In this document: positions 18,618 to 29,491 of the stretch, piece by piece
Numbering within the stretch: the first letter of the stretch is position 1
Layout: the number at the start of each line of letters is the position of its first letter
Origin: Patescibacteria group bacterium
GTDB taxonomy: Bacteria > Patescibacteriota > Patescibacteriia > SG8-24
Assembly: GCA_041667185.1 (NCBI GenBank)
Contig: JBAYFM010000007.1
Coordinates: forward strand, 4,296-68,295
Reading direction: 5' to 3'
DNA length: 64,000 nucleotides
Made by a program: the position numbers and the translations under genes
The notes under the pieces: model-generated
The model's database searches: none
What the model was told of the DNA's origin: nothing
The model's input: only the letters and a program-made list of their open reading frames with translations

Positions 18618-20138
18618 TTACGACCGCTTAACTTTTTGGGGCAGACTAAAACCGAAAACTGACCCCTGTCCACGGCCGGCGCTTTTCACCCAAACCTTAC
18701 CCCCCATCCGTTCAACGGTCTGCTTGACGATGAATAGTCCAAGACCGGTGCCGGCGACCTCGCCGGTCTCAGCAGTCTCAATGCGGGAGAATTTCTTGAA
18801 AAGTTTCGTGATGTCGTCGGGACTGAGCCCAAAACCGGTGTCTTCGACGCTGACATGCAACTCTCCGCCGCCAGCCGCAGTACGAATCGTGACGCTGCCC
18901 TCGACGCGATTGTACTTGATGGCGTTCGTGAGCAGATTTATCAGAACCTCGTAAACACGCCCCGGATTCCCATAAGCCACCATCGACCCGGCCGCTGTCG
19001 GCATGACCTTGATGCTGACCGATCTTTCCGCGGCCAGCGTCCCAAGGGCGGCGACGGCCCGCTCAAGGACGGGAGCGAGCTGGAATCTCTCCGAAACAAC
19101 CTTAAAGGTGCCGTACTCCAGACGCGAGACCTCCAACAGTTCGGAAACCAGCTTATTGAGCCTGGCGGTGTTCTCGCTGATGGTGCCAAGATATTCCGTC
19201 AGGTCAGCAGGCTGAGCGGCAGGCTTTGTCTGGACTTCTTTCAAAAGTTCCAGCGACCAGCTGATAGCCGTCACCGGAGCCCGCAACTCATGCGCAGCAA
19301 TAAAGATGAACTCGTCCTTCAGCTTCTGGATCGTCTTTTCTTTCTCCAAATCGCGGATATTTTGTTCCGCCAGTCTGGCTTCGATCTGTTTACGTTCGGT
19401 AATATCCTCGATAATCGCCTGATAGTATTTCAGCCGGCCACCCTCATCGCACACGGCGCCGATGTGCGTATTCGTCCAAACCACTTGACCCCGCTTGCCT
19501 ATGTAGCGTTTCTCCGCATGATAATCATCCTGAACGCAATTTCGCGCGATCCGCATGATCTTTCGGTCGGCCGATAGGTGTTCCGGGTGCGTGATGTCCC
19601 GGAGCGTCAGCCGCTTCATATCCACATCGTCGTATCCGGTGATGCGGGTGAAGGCTTGGTTGATCTCACAGACATGCAGGTCCGGATAAAGCAGCACGAC
19701 GCCCAATTGGCTGTTTTCGAATAGTTTGCGGAAACGTTCCTCGCGCTCCCACAAGATAGCCTCCAGACGGCGGCGTTCGGTCAAGTCGCGGATGGTGAAT
19801 TGTAAAAAACCGACGCCTTCAAAGCGGAAAAAACTGCATTCTAAGGCGGCATCGAAACGCCGTCCTTGTCGGGTCCGGATCGTCCAGAACTTACTGCCGG
19901 ACGAATGGCCGCATCTCAATACGCCAAAAGACCTGCGGTTACGCAAGGGACCGTTCAAAAATCCGATCTCCCACACCCTCCTCTGCGACAACTCCTTTGT
20001 GGTAAAACCCAGCAGCTTCAGCAAACTCGAGTTGCCGCCGACTATCGAACCAGTCTCAGCATCGACCAACAAGACGCCGTCACTGGTCGCTTTGAAAACC
20101 AGCTGTTGCACCTGTTCAAAAGCTGTCTTTTTAAGCAT
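18618..20138 (-). CDS. PAS-domain sensor histidine kinase
   Basis: Two PAS domains, AAHELRAPV, NLLTNAIKY, DTGFG, GTGLGLFI; start codon approximate. Confidence 0.9.
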   Translation of the reverse strand: MLKKTAFEQVQQLVFKATSDGVLLVDAETGSIVGGNSSLLKLLGFTTKELSQRRVWEIGFLNGPLRNRRSFGVLRCGHSSGSKFWTIRTRQGRRFDAALECSFFRFEGVGFLQFTIRDLTERRRLEAILWEREERFRKLFENSQLGVVLLYPDLHVCEINQAFTRITGYDDVDMKRLTLRDITHPEHLSADRKIMRIARNCVQDDYHAEKRYIGKRGQVVWTNTHIGAVCDEGGRLKYYQAIIEDITERKQIEARLAEQNIRDLEKEKTIQKLKDEFIFIAAHELRAPVTAISWSLELLKEVQTKPAAQPADLTEYLGTISENTARLNKLVSELLEVSRLEYGTFKVVSERFQLAPVLERAVAALGTLAAERSVSIKVMPTAAGSMVAYGNPGRVYEVLINLLTNAIKYNRVEGSVTIRTAAGGGELHVSVEDTGFGLSPDDITKLFKKFSRIETAETGEVAGTGLGLFIVKQTVERMGGKVWVKSAGRGQGSVFGFSLPQKVKRS

Positions 20139-20377
20139 CTTGGTTCGCGATCTGCCGAATGAGGCCGATCTTGCCGACTTCGCTTTATTAAGCACATTGC
20201 AATCGTTAAAACTGATGAAAAACGCTGATATTATTATACAGTTTTTTTGCAATTATTGTAAGTTTGAAAAACATTCCCGGACGGACGCCCCCCCCCCTAC
20301 CCGCGGCGCGCCAGCTGTTCATAATCCGGACGAACCTGTATGCTTAAGCGGTAACGACCGCTAATCAAAAAAATATT

Positions 20378-20941
20378 GTGAAAAAATTCAAGAAACTGGC
20401 CAATAAACTGCAAATTTCAGCCGAAACCGTCTGGGAGACCGGTTGGACCTACATCCGCCACGTCGTCGACACCGCGCGGGAGCCGTTCCTGATCCTGGAC
20501 AAGGATCTGCGCGTCTTGTCGGCCAATGAATCTTTCTATCGGACCTTTCAGACCATGACGCGGGATACCGAGAAAAAACTCGTCTACCAACTGGGCGGCG
20601 GTCAGTGGAATATCCCGGCGCTCAGGAGGCTGCTTGAGGACGTGCTGCCCAAAGAATCGTTCTTCCGCGATTTCGAGGTCGAGCACGATTATCCGGTCGT
20701 GGGCAAAAAGATCATGCTCATGAACGCCCGCGAAGTCTTCGAGCCGGTGAAAAAAAACCAGAAATCTTTGAAGATGATCGTTCTGGCCATGGAAGACGTG
20801 ACGAAGCAGCGTATGCTCGAAGAGAAGCTCACAGCCTACTCGAAAGAGCTCGAGGAGCGCGTGCTCGAAAGGACCAAAACCCTCGAGGAGCGCATCGCCG
20901 TGTTGGAGAGCGGAGTCAAGAAACGGCCGGGCAAACAATAG
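20378..20941 (+). CDS. Stand-alone PAS-domain protein with coiled-coil tail
   Basis: VVDTAREPFLILDKDLRVLSANESFY, GQWNIPALRRLL, LAMEDVT. Confidence 0.82.
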   Translation: MKKFKKLANKLQISAETVWETGWTYIRHVVDTAREPFLILDKDLRVLSANESFYRTFQTMTRDTEKKLVYQLGGGQWNIPALRRLLEDVLPKESFFRDFEVEHDYPVVGKKIMLMNAREVFEPVKKNQKSLKMIVLAMEDVTKQRMLEEKLTAYSKELEERVLERTKTLEERIAVLESGVKKRPGKQ

Positions 20942-21107
20942 ATCCGCGGCGCCAGCCTGGAGATCTAATAACAAAACCAGAAACGCCCTCGGCAATCGCC
21001 GGGGGCGTTTTGAATACAGTCTGAGACAGGATGGGGACGTACATCAACAAAAAAATGGCTTATTTCAACGCCGCGCCCCAGCCTCCGGGACAGTCCCGGA
21101 ATATTCG

Positions 21108-24100
21108 TCACCCGGCCAGCGGCAGCTCGAACCAGAAAGTGCTGCCTTTACCTTCCTGGCTTTCATACCCCATCTTGCCACCGTGCGCTTCGATGACGCT
21201 CTTGGCGATATGAAGTCCGATACCGGATCCTTCAGGTTTGATGATAGCGGCGTTGCTAAAACGGTGAAAACGCCGGAACAACTGCTCTTGCTCGCCAGTC
21301 GGAATGCCGATGCCGGTATCGGTGACCTCCACGCGCACCGTCTTCTGTTCCTTTTTGATCCGAGTAGTGATCCGACCGCCTTCGGGCGTATAGCTGATGG
21401 CATTATCCAAGAGCCGCCCGAACAGATCCCGGAACTTCTCCTGATCAACATTTACCGTGCTGATTTGGTCATCACTATACGTATGTTCATGCGTGATTTT
21501 TTTGAGTTCGAACTTTTGTTTATTGTTCGCGCAAACCGAACGTACCAGATCTTCAAGAATGATTTTTTCCGGCTCCAACCGCAGGCGTCCGGCTTCGATA
21601 TCCATGACCAAAAGCAGGTCCGCGATGCGACCAACCGCTTCTTTATTGGCCTCAAGAGACATCCTCAAGATCTGCCGCTGGCTGCCGGTCAGCGGCCCCA
21701 TTTTATCGGATAAAACCTGTTCCAGCCCCCAACGAACCGAGCTCAATGGCGTACGCATCTGCTGAGACACGACCTGCACGAATTTATTCTTGATAGTATC
21801 AAGTTCGTAGGCGTGCTCTTCAGCGACTTTGCGTTCGTGGATATTGCGAACCACGCCGATCGTGCCGGCTAATTTATTGTCGGAATTTTTATAATGCGAA
21901 CCAGACGCCTCCACCCAGACGAATTGCCCATCCCGGCGTCTGAACCGCAAACTGAACGGTTTGAATACGCCGGTCTTCATGAACTCCGACCAATTAACCC
22001 GAGCCCGCTCCAGATCTTCCTCGAAGAAAAACTCCGCGGACACGAACTCCGTGAAGCTACGTCCGATCAGATCGCTTTCCTTATAACCATACATGCTGAC
22101 CTGCGGACTGATATAAGTCAGGACGCCAGATGGATCGGCGGCATAAATGATATCCTGGGTGTTCTCAATGAAATTGCGGTATTTCTCCTCGCTGGCCCGC
22201 AAGGCGCTCTCCGCCTCAACCCGAGCCGTCACATCCTCGATGACGCCATCAAAATATTCTTTGTCGATCTCATTCTTTTTCAATACGGCAGTCACCGCGC
22301 CCCAGATCTTGCGACCCTTGAGCGTCTTGAGCCGGACAACCTCGCTCTTAACGAAACCGAGTTTCTTGATCTTTTCGCTGATCAAAAGACGATCGGCGGG
22401 GTCAACATAAAGATCGGAGACGCTGATCTTCAGCAACTCTTCTTTCGAATCGGCTTCGAACATCGCCACCATCGCCGGATTCACTTCGATGAAACTGCCT
22501 TTGGGTCCGGGCGTATTGCGATAAATGCAAACCGGCAAGCTATTGAACAATTCGACAAACCGCTGGCGCGCTTCAGTAAATTTGTGCTCAACCCGACGAC
22601 GGTCAGTAATATCCTGGACGATCCCGGACAAGACGCTGATCTTGCCGGCGGCATCGCGGATAAATTCAAAAGCCTCGGCCCAAACCGTGAAAACAGCGCC
22701 GTCAGGATGAACGATGCGATACTCCATCGGCATCGGCTGCGCCTTCTCAATCACGGAACGATTGGCGACCTCAACCCGCATGCGATCGTCAGGATGGATA
22801 GCTGCGGTCATTACATCAGTCAACCGACCCGTAAATTTGGCTTTGTCGATGCCGAAAATCCGGTACATCTCGTCCGACCACTCAAGCTTATCGGCTTGGA
22901 CATGCCAGCGCCAACTGCCGATCTTGGCGAACTTCTGAGCCTGGCGCAGGTCGGCTTCCGAACGACGAATCTGTTCATGCACCCTCTTAACTTCAGCCTC
23001 ACTCTCCTGTTGATCGGTGACATCCTCGGCAATCGTCAGCAGCAGCCTTCGTTCGCCCACCGTAACCGGCTCGGTCGTGAGCCGACAAATGCGGCGACTG
23101 CCACCTTTCTGCCATATGACCGTATCCATGCCATGCGCACGGCCGGAAATACGCAGGGTCTCGACCACCCGCTGGCGATCTTCAGCGCTTACAATCCCTA
23201 ATTTGACTTCCGTCTGGCCAAGAACCTCGTCACGGGAATACCCGGTGATGCGCGTAAAAGCCTCGTTGACCTCGATGAACTCACCCCCATCAACGGTCGC
23301 CAGCGTCATCATGAGCGGCGCGGTGTTGAACGCCTGCATGAACATCTTAGCCTGTTGCTCGCGTTCAGAAAGGTCGCGCAAAAATGCGTGACATCTGAAC
23401 CGGCCATGCACCTCGAACGACGACAGCGTAACCTCGGCCAAAAAATCCTGGCCGCCCATCCGCCGATGCATCCACTCGAACCGAAAAAATTTAAGCTTCA
23501 AAGCGCGATCAACCGCTTCCCGCGCGGCCGTTTGCGAATCCTGTCCGCTGGGCTGCTGCAATGGCGAGATTTCGTCGGGGCGCCTGCCAATGATCTGCGT
23601 CCGTTCTGTCGTGCCGAACATCTTCAAGGTGGCATCATTGCAATCGACAATGGTCATGCCATCCAGAAGGATAAAAGCCTCCTGAGAACCCTCGAATACC
23701 TGGCGATAGGCCATTTCGCTCTCGCGCAAATCTTTTTCCACCTGGCGTTGCCGGATGATCTTGAACAAAGTAGCGGCTACCAGCTGGACCTGGGCAATAT
23801 CGCGCTCGTTATACGGTTTCTGCTTGTTTCCGACCCCGAAAAGGATCCGAAAACTTTCATTCTCGAACGTCGGCACGCTCATGAGGCGCTTCAGTTCGAC
23901 ATGGCCGCTCGGGAACCCTTTGCGGTTGGGCGAAGCGGCGAAATCATTGTAGATTACCGGCTTCTTTTGCCGCATCGCGTCCATCCAGTTGCCGGCCGAT
24001 TCGATCGGACGATGGCCGACATCAGGAGCCCGACAGCTCTTCAACGCCTCTTTATTCCAAGTATTCAGAATTATCTCCTTTTGGCCATCGATCACCAGAT

Positions 24101-25085
24101 GGAAGAAACCGACAGCGCTGTCAGTCAGCCGTACCACGCGATCAAGAACGAACTCATAAAGTTCCTGATCCGACATCTTGGCCGCCCGGCCGTAAACATC
24201 GAGGAGGAAAGACTCCCGCTCCGCCTCCTTGATCAAAACAAGTTCAGCCGTCCGCTGCGCCGTGATATCCTGGATCATCGTCAGGAAATAAAGCGGCTGG
24301 CCGGAAGCGTCGCGAATAAGGTTGACGTGGGTTGAAGCCCAGATTTCCTGACCCGACTTGGTCAAATAACGTTTGACCGTGTTGTACTCCCGTAACGTCC
24401 CCTTGAGGAGATCGCCGATACCCTGGCGATTAGCGGCAATATGATCGGGATGCGTGATATCCGCGTACGTCAGTTTCAACAGTTCCGACTCGGAGCGGCC
24501 GACGATCTCGCAGAACTTCCGGTTGACGCGAATGAATTTAAAATCCAGTCCGGACAGCACGATACCGACAGTAGCCTCTTCGAAGATGCGGCGAAATCTC
24601 TCCTCGCTCGATCGCAGATTTTCCTCGATTCGCTGGCGTTCAGTGATGTCGCGCGGCACGAAACGAATCATCTTCCGACCGCATTCGTCGTAGACATTAG
24701 CATCGACTTCAACCGGAATAAGCTCTCCTTTGTGGGTCTTGAGGCTTCGAGCAGCCTGGTGCAATACTCCCTCGCGGATAAAATCGGCGAATTCCGCCTT
24801 ATCAGCGAACAAGGTGCGGAGACAACACTGTTTGTCCCAAAGACTACGGCCCACGGCATCTTTTCGCTGGCAACCGGACATTTTTTCAAAACTGACGTTG
24901 ATATCCTCAATCCGCGCCGTGTCTGCATCAACGATCGCGATGCCAGACTGAGCGGTATTAAAAACTAACCGATACCGATCAGCACACTCGGCCAACAAAC
25001 CCGTAGCGGCGGATTGCGCATGATTGACCGCCGCTGTTGTCGTTTTATTTTCCGGGGCGCCGTTGCGCTTGAATAGGGACAACAT
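21108..25085 (-). CDS. Multi-PAS/GAF histidine-kinase-like protein (1325 aa), H-box His replaced by Gln
   Basis: PAS repeats, GAF, SQQMRTPL, LLDNAISY, DTGIGIP, GSGIGL. Confidence 0.9.
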   Translation of the reverse strand: MLSLFKRNGAPENKTTTAAVNHAQSAATGLLAECADRYRLVFNTAQSGIAIVDADTARIEDINVSFEKMSGCQRKDAVGRSLWDKQCCLRTLFADKAEFADFIREGVLHQAARSLKTHKGELIPVEVDANVYDECGRKMIRFVPRDITERQRIEENLRSSEERFRRIFEEATVGIVLSGLDFKFIRVNRKFCEIVGRSESELLKLTYADITHPDHIAANRQGIGDLLKGTLREYNTVKRYLTKSGQEIWASTHVNLIRDASGQPLYFLTMIQDITAQRTAELVLIKEAERESFLLDVYGRAAKMSDQELYEFVLDRVVRLTDSAVGFFHLVIDGQKEIILNTWNKEALKSCRAPDVGHRPIESAGNWMDAMRQKKPVIYNDFAASPNRKGFPSGHVELKRLMSVPTFENESFRILFGVGNKQKPYNERDIAQVQLVAATLFKIIRQRQVEKDLRESEMAYRQVFEGSQEAFILLDGMTIVDCNDATLKMFGTTERTQIIGRRPDEISPLQQPSGQDSQTAAREAVDRALKLKFFRFEWMHRRMGGQDFLAEVTLSSFEVHGRFRCHAFLRDLSEREQQAKMFMQAFNTAPLMMTLATVDGGEFIEVNEAFTRITGYSRDEVLGQTEVKLGIVSAEDRQRVVETLRISGRAHGMDTVIWQKGGSRRICRLTTEPVTVGERRLLLTIAEDVTDQQESEAEVKRVHEQIRRSEADLRQAQKFAKIGSWRWHVQADKLEWSDEMYRIFGIDKAKFTGRLTDVMTAAIHPDDRMRVEVANRSVIEKAQPMPMEYRIVHPDGAVFTVWAEAFEFIRDAAGKISVLSGIVQDITDRRRVEHKFTEARQRFVELFNSLPVCIYRNTPGPKGSFIEVNPAMVAMFEADSKEELLKISVSDLYVDPADRLLISEKIKKLGFVKSEVVRLKTLKGRKIWGAVTAVLKKNEIDKEYFDGVIEDVTARVEAESALRASEEKYRNFIENTQDIIYAADPSGVLTYISPQVSMYGYKESDLIGRSFTEFVSAEFFFEEDLERARVNWSEFMKTGVFKPFSLRFRRRDGQFVWVEASGSHYKNSDNKLAGTIGVVRNIHERKVAEEHAYELDTIKNKFVQVVSQQMRTPLSSVRWGLEQVLSDKMGPLTGSQRQILRMSLEANKEAVGRIADLLLVMDIEAGRLRLEPEKIILEDLVRSVCANNKQKFELKKITHEHTYSDDQISTVNVDQEKFRDLFGRLLDNAISYTPEGGRITTRIKKEQKTVRVEVTDTGIGIPTGEQEQLFRRFHRFSNAAIIKPEGSGIGLHIAKSVIEAHGGKMGYESQEGKGSTFWFELPLAG

Positions 25086-25321
25086 ATTTGGACTGTCTGA
25101 CCGATCTTTATTTTATAATTATATCAATAAATCACCGCCTTGGACAGTTCAAAAACGGCGTTATTCGGACCAAATGCCGCACGCCGGCGGTCCGAGCGCC
25201 GAGCTCTCAATTCGGCGTAAAAAGGCGGCGGATCAGTCGGCGACCGCCGAGGTGTTGATTATTTCAGCGGCGCTTGCTAAGCTCGGCTGTTCTTTGAAAA
25301 TCCAGCGACAGGAGCGTGCTC

Positions 25322-25585
25322 ATGAACCGACAGCGGACTTATAAGCTCCAAAAAGACGGCCGCACGATCTCGAGCCGGCAACCGTGGCGCTACGCCGGCT
25401 GGAGGTTGGGCAAGATCTTCGGCCGGCTGGACTGCGCTTCAGGCCGACGGATGAAGCCGGAGAACCGCGTCTTTTTTCTCACTTGGGACGATGCTATCGC
25501 CGCCGGCTACCGGCCATGCAAGAACTGCCGGCCGACGCCGTCGGATCGTTACACAACCCCTAACCGAAAAACGAGGCCGCGATGA
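25322..25585 (+). CDS. Ada metal-binding-domain small protein
   Basis: KIFGRLDC...ENRVFF...AIAAGYRPCKNC; AGGAG SD. Confidence 0.8.
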   Translation: MNRQRTYKLQKDGRTISSRQPWRYAGWRLGKIFGRLDCASGRRMKPENRVFFLTWDDAIAAGYRPCKNCRPTPSDRYTTPNRKTRPR

Positions 25586-26466
25586 CAAAAATGTTCAGTT
25601 TGCGTTTCGATCCCGATCTCTGGCAGCTCGAACAGCGACAACCAGTCAACACGCTGCAAATGTTCATCACGGCCGCCTGCGACCGCCGCTGTCCGGAATG
25701 TTTCTTCCGACAGCACTTCAACGCCGGAGCGATGACCCTGGATTTCTACCGCCGGACGGTCGAGCAATATCGCCCATCCATCGGCAAGGTCATCATCCTG
25801 GGCGGCGAACCGACGCTACATCGCGACCTGCCGGCCATGCTCGCATTCAACCGCGACCTCGGCCTGCCGACCACGCTCTACACCAACGGCCGACGGCTGA
25901 TGGCGCTCGCGCCGAAAGATCTGGCCGGCGTTTCGGTCAGGCTGTCAGTCGACGGCCTGACCGGCGGACTCAAGCCGGCGCTGGCCCTGCCGAAACTCGG
26001 ACCAGTGATCATGCCGGTCTTCATGACGAGCCGGAATAACACCGGCGACTTGCTGCCGTTCCTGGACCACGTCGAGCGCTCCCTCGGCTGCACCGAGGCG
26101 TTCATCTCGAGCATCCGTGACATCCAAGAAAGCAGCGATTTCTGGCTGGATACGTCGACGACCCTGCCTCTTCGCGATTATGCGGCGACCGTCCAACGGA
26201 CGATCGACGCTTACCGCGGACGGCTGACCTTGCATATCTCCCGGCGCGGCGTGATCGCTGCCGGCGGCCCGCGCCGAACGGCCGAACCGCCTAACCGCTG
26301 CCGCTTCGGCAACGTCCTGCCCGACGGACGGCTCATCACTTGTCCGTTCGACATCTGCAAAAACCGCGTCACGGACGGTCTGCGCTTCGGCGAACAACGC
26401 TGCGAAAAGACGAGGGGCGGCGGCTGTCTGCTGCAGAAACTCGTCCTGCGACGAAAACCGACATGA
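25582..26466 (+). CDS. Radical SAM protein
   Basis: CDRRCPEC (CX3CX2C), GGEPTL, YTNG, C-terminal Cys cluster; ATGA overlap with upstream gene. Confidence 0.88.
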   Translation: MTKMFSLRFDPDLWQLEQRQPVNTLQMFITAACDRRCPECFFRQHFNAGAMTLDFYRRTVEQYRPSIGKVIILGGEPTLHRDLPAMLAFNRDLGLPTTLYTNGRRLMALAPKDLAGVSVRLSVDGLTGGLKPALALPKLGPVIMPVFMTSRNNTGDLLPFLDHVERSLGCTEAFISSIRDIQESSDFWLDTSTTLPLRDYAATVQRTIDAYRGRLTLHISRRGVIAAGGPRRTAEPPNRCRFGNVLPDGRLITCPFDICKNRVTDGLRFGEQRCEKTRGGGCLLQKLVLRRKPT

Positions 26467-26573
26467 TCACAAACCCCGCCGGCGACTGCCGACGGGGATT
26501 TTTTTATTGACGGCCGAAATTCCCGGGCGCCGCCGCAAAGCGATGAAAGTTTTCTGGCGCGACGGATCCGCGT

Positions 26574-27329
26574 TCAAAACTTGATGTCGTTCGCGACGGT
26601 CGACGTCGCCTGGAAACCGCGGACATTCAGGAGCATGTCGCCGGGAAACTGGCTGGAGTGATACAAGCAGTAGGTCACGGACGTGCCCCACTTGGCGTTG
26701 AGCGCGTCCATGAGCGCCGTCATTTTCTTCAAATCAACCTCGGTGGCGTGAATGCCACCCAGGTCGAAGTCGAGTTCGTCGTCATCCTGGGCGATAAGCA
26801 TGGCCGACAGCACGCCGTGAAGTTTGAAAGGGAATTTCAATCCTTCGACCACCTCTTTGACGAACGGCTCGTAACGGAAAGGCCGCTCGCGATCGAATTC
26901 CGGATGAAAAACCAACGCGATCGCCTGAGGTTTCACAGCCGGACGACTATTCTGCGGCGGAGCATAAAGATCGTCGCCGCGAACTTCGAGTTCAACCGTG
27001 CTGACGGCCTTTTTGGCCGGACCACTGATCGCTTCGCCAGTCTCCGCCTTGAATTCGGAGCCGTGCCAGGGACAAACGACGATCCCATCCTTGACCACGC
27101 CCTTGCACAACGGGCCGCCCAAGTGGGTACAAGCGTTATCGAGGGCGAAAAAACGATCGCCCGAACGCACGATGGATATTTTCCTGCCGCCGATCGCGGC
27201 GCAATACGACTTATCGGCGGCGATATCCTTGACCGCGGCCACGCGCACAGGCTCGCTGGCGGCGCAATCGCAACCTCCGCCCGGACAAACCCAGGCCTGA
27301 AACATCTTCTTGAGTGGGTTGCGAACCAT
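26574..27329 (-). CDS. Rieske [2Fe-2S] domain protein with unknown C-terminal domain
   Basis: CTHLGG...VCPWHGSEF. Confidence 0.85.
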   Translation of the reverse strand: MVRNPLKKMFQAWVCPGGGCDCAASEPVRVAAVKDIAADKSYCAAIGGRKISIVRSGDRFFALDNACTHLGGPLCKGVVKDGIVVCPWHGSEFKAETGEAISGPAKKAVSTVELEVRGDDLYAPPQNSRPAVKPQAIALVFHPEFDRERPFRYEPFVKEVVEGLKFPFKLHGVLSAMLIAQDDDELDFDLGGIHATEVDLKKMTALMDALNAKWGTSVTYCLYHSSQFPGDMLLNVRGFQATSTVANDIKF

Positions 27330-27489
27330 AAACAACGCGAGTTTGAAATTATGTCTCCATTATAGCCGAGGGTCGGTAATGCTCCAACCACCGCCGCTTG
27401 AAAGGGATTGACCGTTCACGCTAGATAAGCTATATTATGCGGTCCTGCCGAATGCAAGACATTGTCCTTTACAACCGGGAGAACGTGCC

Positions 27490-28266
27490 ATGACCAACCC
27501 TCAAAGATCGACGTTCCCTGAATCGCTGAGCAAACTTTTGAAACATTCCCTGCTCGACCGAGAAGAGGAGCTTCGACTCATCCGCCGGGCCCAGCAAGGC
27601 GACCGCCAGGCGCTCGATTCGCTCGTGCACCACAACCTCAAATTAGTGATGCGCGTGGCCGGGCGCTATGCCCGACGCTACGCCGACTACAACGTCGAAC
27701 TGCAAGACTTGTTCAGCGAAGGTGTGATCGGTCTGCACAAGGCCATCATGAAATTCGATGCCGCTCGCGGCGCGAATCTGAACACCTACGCCGACTACTG
27801 GATAAAACAAGTGATCGGCCGCTATCTGGCGAACCAGCGCTACCTGATCCGCGTGCCGATCAACGCTCAGCAGAACCTGCGGGATGAGGAGGCGGGAAAC
27901 GGCAAAAAAGGTCTCACTAAAACCGACCTCCGCAACTTCTCTGCCGTCTCGCTCGACCAGGAAATTTCCTCCAACGACGCCGGCAACCAAAACGGCTGCA
28001 CGCTCGCCGATATCTGCGTAGACGGACGTGAAACGACGTCATCGGAAACCGCTGTCGCGCGCTCCGAAGTTGCAGCCATCCTCGCCGAAGCATTCGGCCA
28101 GCTCACGCCACGAGAACAGGACATCATCAAAAAACGTTTTTGTGATGAACTGTCCCAGAACCAGGTCTCGGATATCTGCGGCCTGACGCGCATGCGCGTC
28201 CGCTGGATCGAAGCCAAGGCGCTCGGCAAACTCCGGTGCCTGCTCCAAGACAAGGACATCTTCTGA
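27490..28266 (+). CDS. Sigma70-family RNA polymerase sigma factor (regions 1.2, 2, 4), copy 1
   Basis: LLDREEELRL, NLKLVMRVA, DLFSEGVIGL, KFD, TYADYWIKQ, LTPREQ..IEAKALGKLR. Confidence 0.9.
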   Translation: MTNPQRSTFPESLSKLLKHSLLDREEELRLIRRAQQGDRQALDSLVHHNLKLVMRVAGRYARRYADYNVELQDLFSEGVIGLHKAIMKFDAARGANLNTYADYWIKQVIGRYLANQRYLIRVPINAQQNLRDEEAGNGKKGLTKTDLRNFSAVSLDQEISSNDAGNQNGCTLADICVDGRETTSSETAVARSEVAAILAEAFGQLTPREQDIIKKRFCDELSQNQVSDICGLTRMRVRWIEAKALGKLRCLLQDKDIF

Positions 28267-28272
28267 ATCTGA

Positions 28273-28305
28273 CGCGGCCGAGCCCAGCTCGACCGCGTTT
28301 TCTTA
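28273..28305 (+). terminator. Repeated 3' hairpin/terminator of the sigma cassettes (also near 29323 and 29831)
   Basis: CGCGGYCGAGC-N3-GCTCGRCCGC-TTTT after each of the three paralogues. Confidence 0.7.
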
Positions 28306-28548
28306 TCAAAAGCCACAATTTTAAGGTCCCGCCACGGACTGATGACAAACAGTCGCCCAGCTTGACCAAAGACGAGAAACGCGCTACATTATGCGGTCCT
28401 GCCGTACGGAGAGACGGAGAGACGAAGTCATGTCGCTTGCGAGCGACGTGGCCGGAGTCAGCGAAATATCAGCGGACTTTGTATCTTCGCTACTCCCTGA
28501 CTTCTCAACAATGTAGGACCTCGCCCTTTACAATCAGGAGAACACGCC

Positions 28549-29316
28549 ATGACCGATCATCAAGGATCGCCGATCTCTGAATCGCTGAGCAAATTATTGC
28601 GTCATTCCATGCTCGATCGGGAAGAGGAACTCCGACTCATCGGCCGGTCTCAGCAAGGCGACCGCCAGGCCCTCGACTCGCTCGTGCGCCACAATCTCAA
28701 GTTCGTGATGAGCATCGCCAAGCGCTATGCCGGCCGCGGCGTCGAACTCGAGGATCTGTTCAGCGAAGGCGCCATCGGCCTGCAGATAGCCATCAAGAAA
28801 TTCGACGTCACGAGCGGTAATCGGCTCAGCACCTACGCCATCTGGTGGATCCGGCAGCTGATCGCCCGCTACCTGGATGATCATTGCCGCACGATCCGCG
28901 TACCGATCAGAGTCCAAAAGAACCTGCGCGACGAGGAATCGGCAGAAGAAAACGACAACCGCCTCACCAAGGCCGGCCTCGACAACTTCTCGCCCGTCTC
29001 GCTCGACCAGGAACTGTCGTCCGGCGACGATTCCAACCAGAACGGATGCACGCTCGCCGATACCTGCGCGGACGAATGCAAAACAGCGTCGCCAGAAACA
29101 GCCGTCGCTCGCGCCGAGGTCTCGGACATCATCACTGAGGCGATCAGCCAGCTCACGCCCCGAGAACAATACGTCATCGTAAAACGTTTTCGCGAAGAGC
29201 TGACCCTGCGCAATATCGCCGGAACCCACACTCTGTCACGCGAGCGCATTCGCCAGATCGAAGCCAAGGCGCTCGGCAAACTCCGGCGTCTGCTCCAAAA
29301 CAAGGACATCTTCTGA
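28549..29316 (+). CDS. Sigma70-family RNA polymerase sigma factor, copy 2
   Basis: NLKFVMSIAKRY, DLFSEGAIGL, STYAIWWIRQ, LSRERIRQIEAKALGKLR. Confidence 0.92.
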   Translation: MTDHQGSPISESLSKLLRHSMLDREEELRLIGRSQQGDRQALDSLVRHNLKFVMSIAKRYAGRGVELEDLFSEGAIGLQIAIKKFDVTSGNRLSTYAIWWIRQLIARYLDDHCRTIRVPIRVQKNLRDEESAEENDNRLTKAGLDNFSPVSLDQELSSGDDSNQNGCTLADTCADECKTASPETAVARAEVSDIITEAISQLTPREQYVIVKRFREELTLRNIAGTHTLSRERIRQIEAKALGKLRRLLQNKDIF

Positions 29317-29491
29317 CCCGCACGCGGTCGAGCTCAGCTCGACCGCTTTTTCTTATCAAAATCCGTAATTTAAGGCTCCAAATAAGGCTAGTGGCGCACA
29401 GCCGCCAAGCTTGACAAAAAACGTAAAATAAGCTATATTATACGGTCCCGCCAGTAACGGGATGAAGCTCTTTTCCAACCAGGAGATCATC

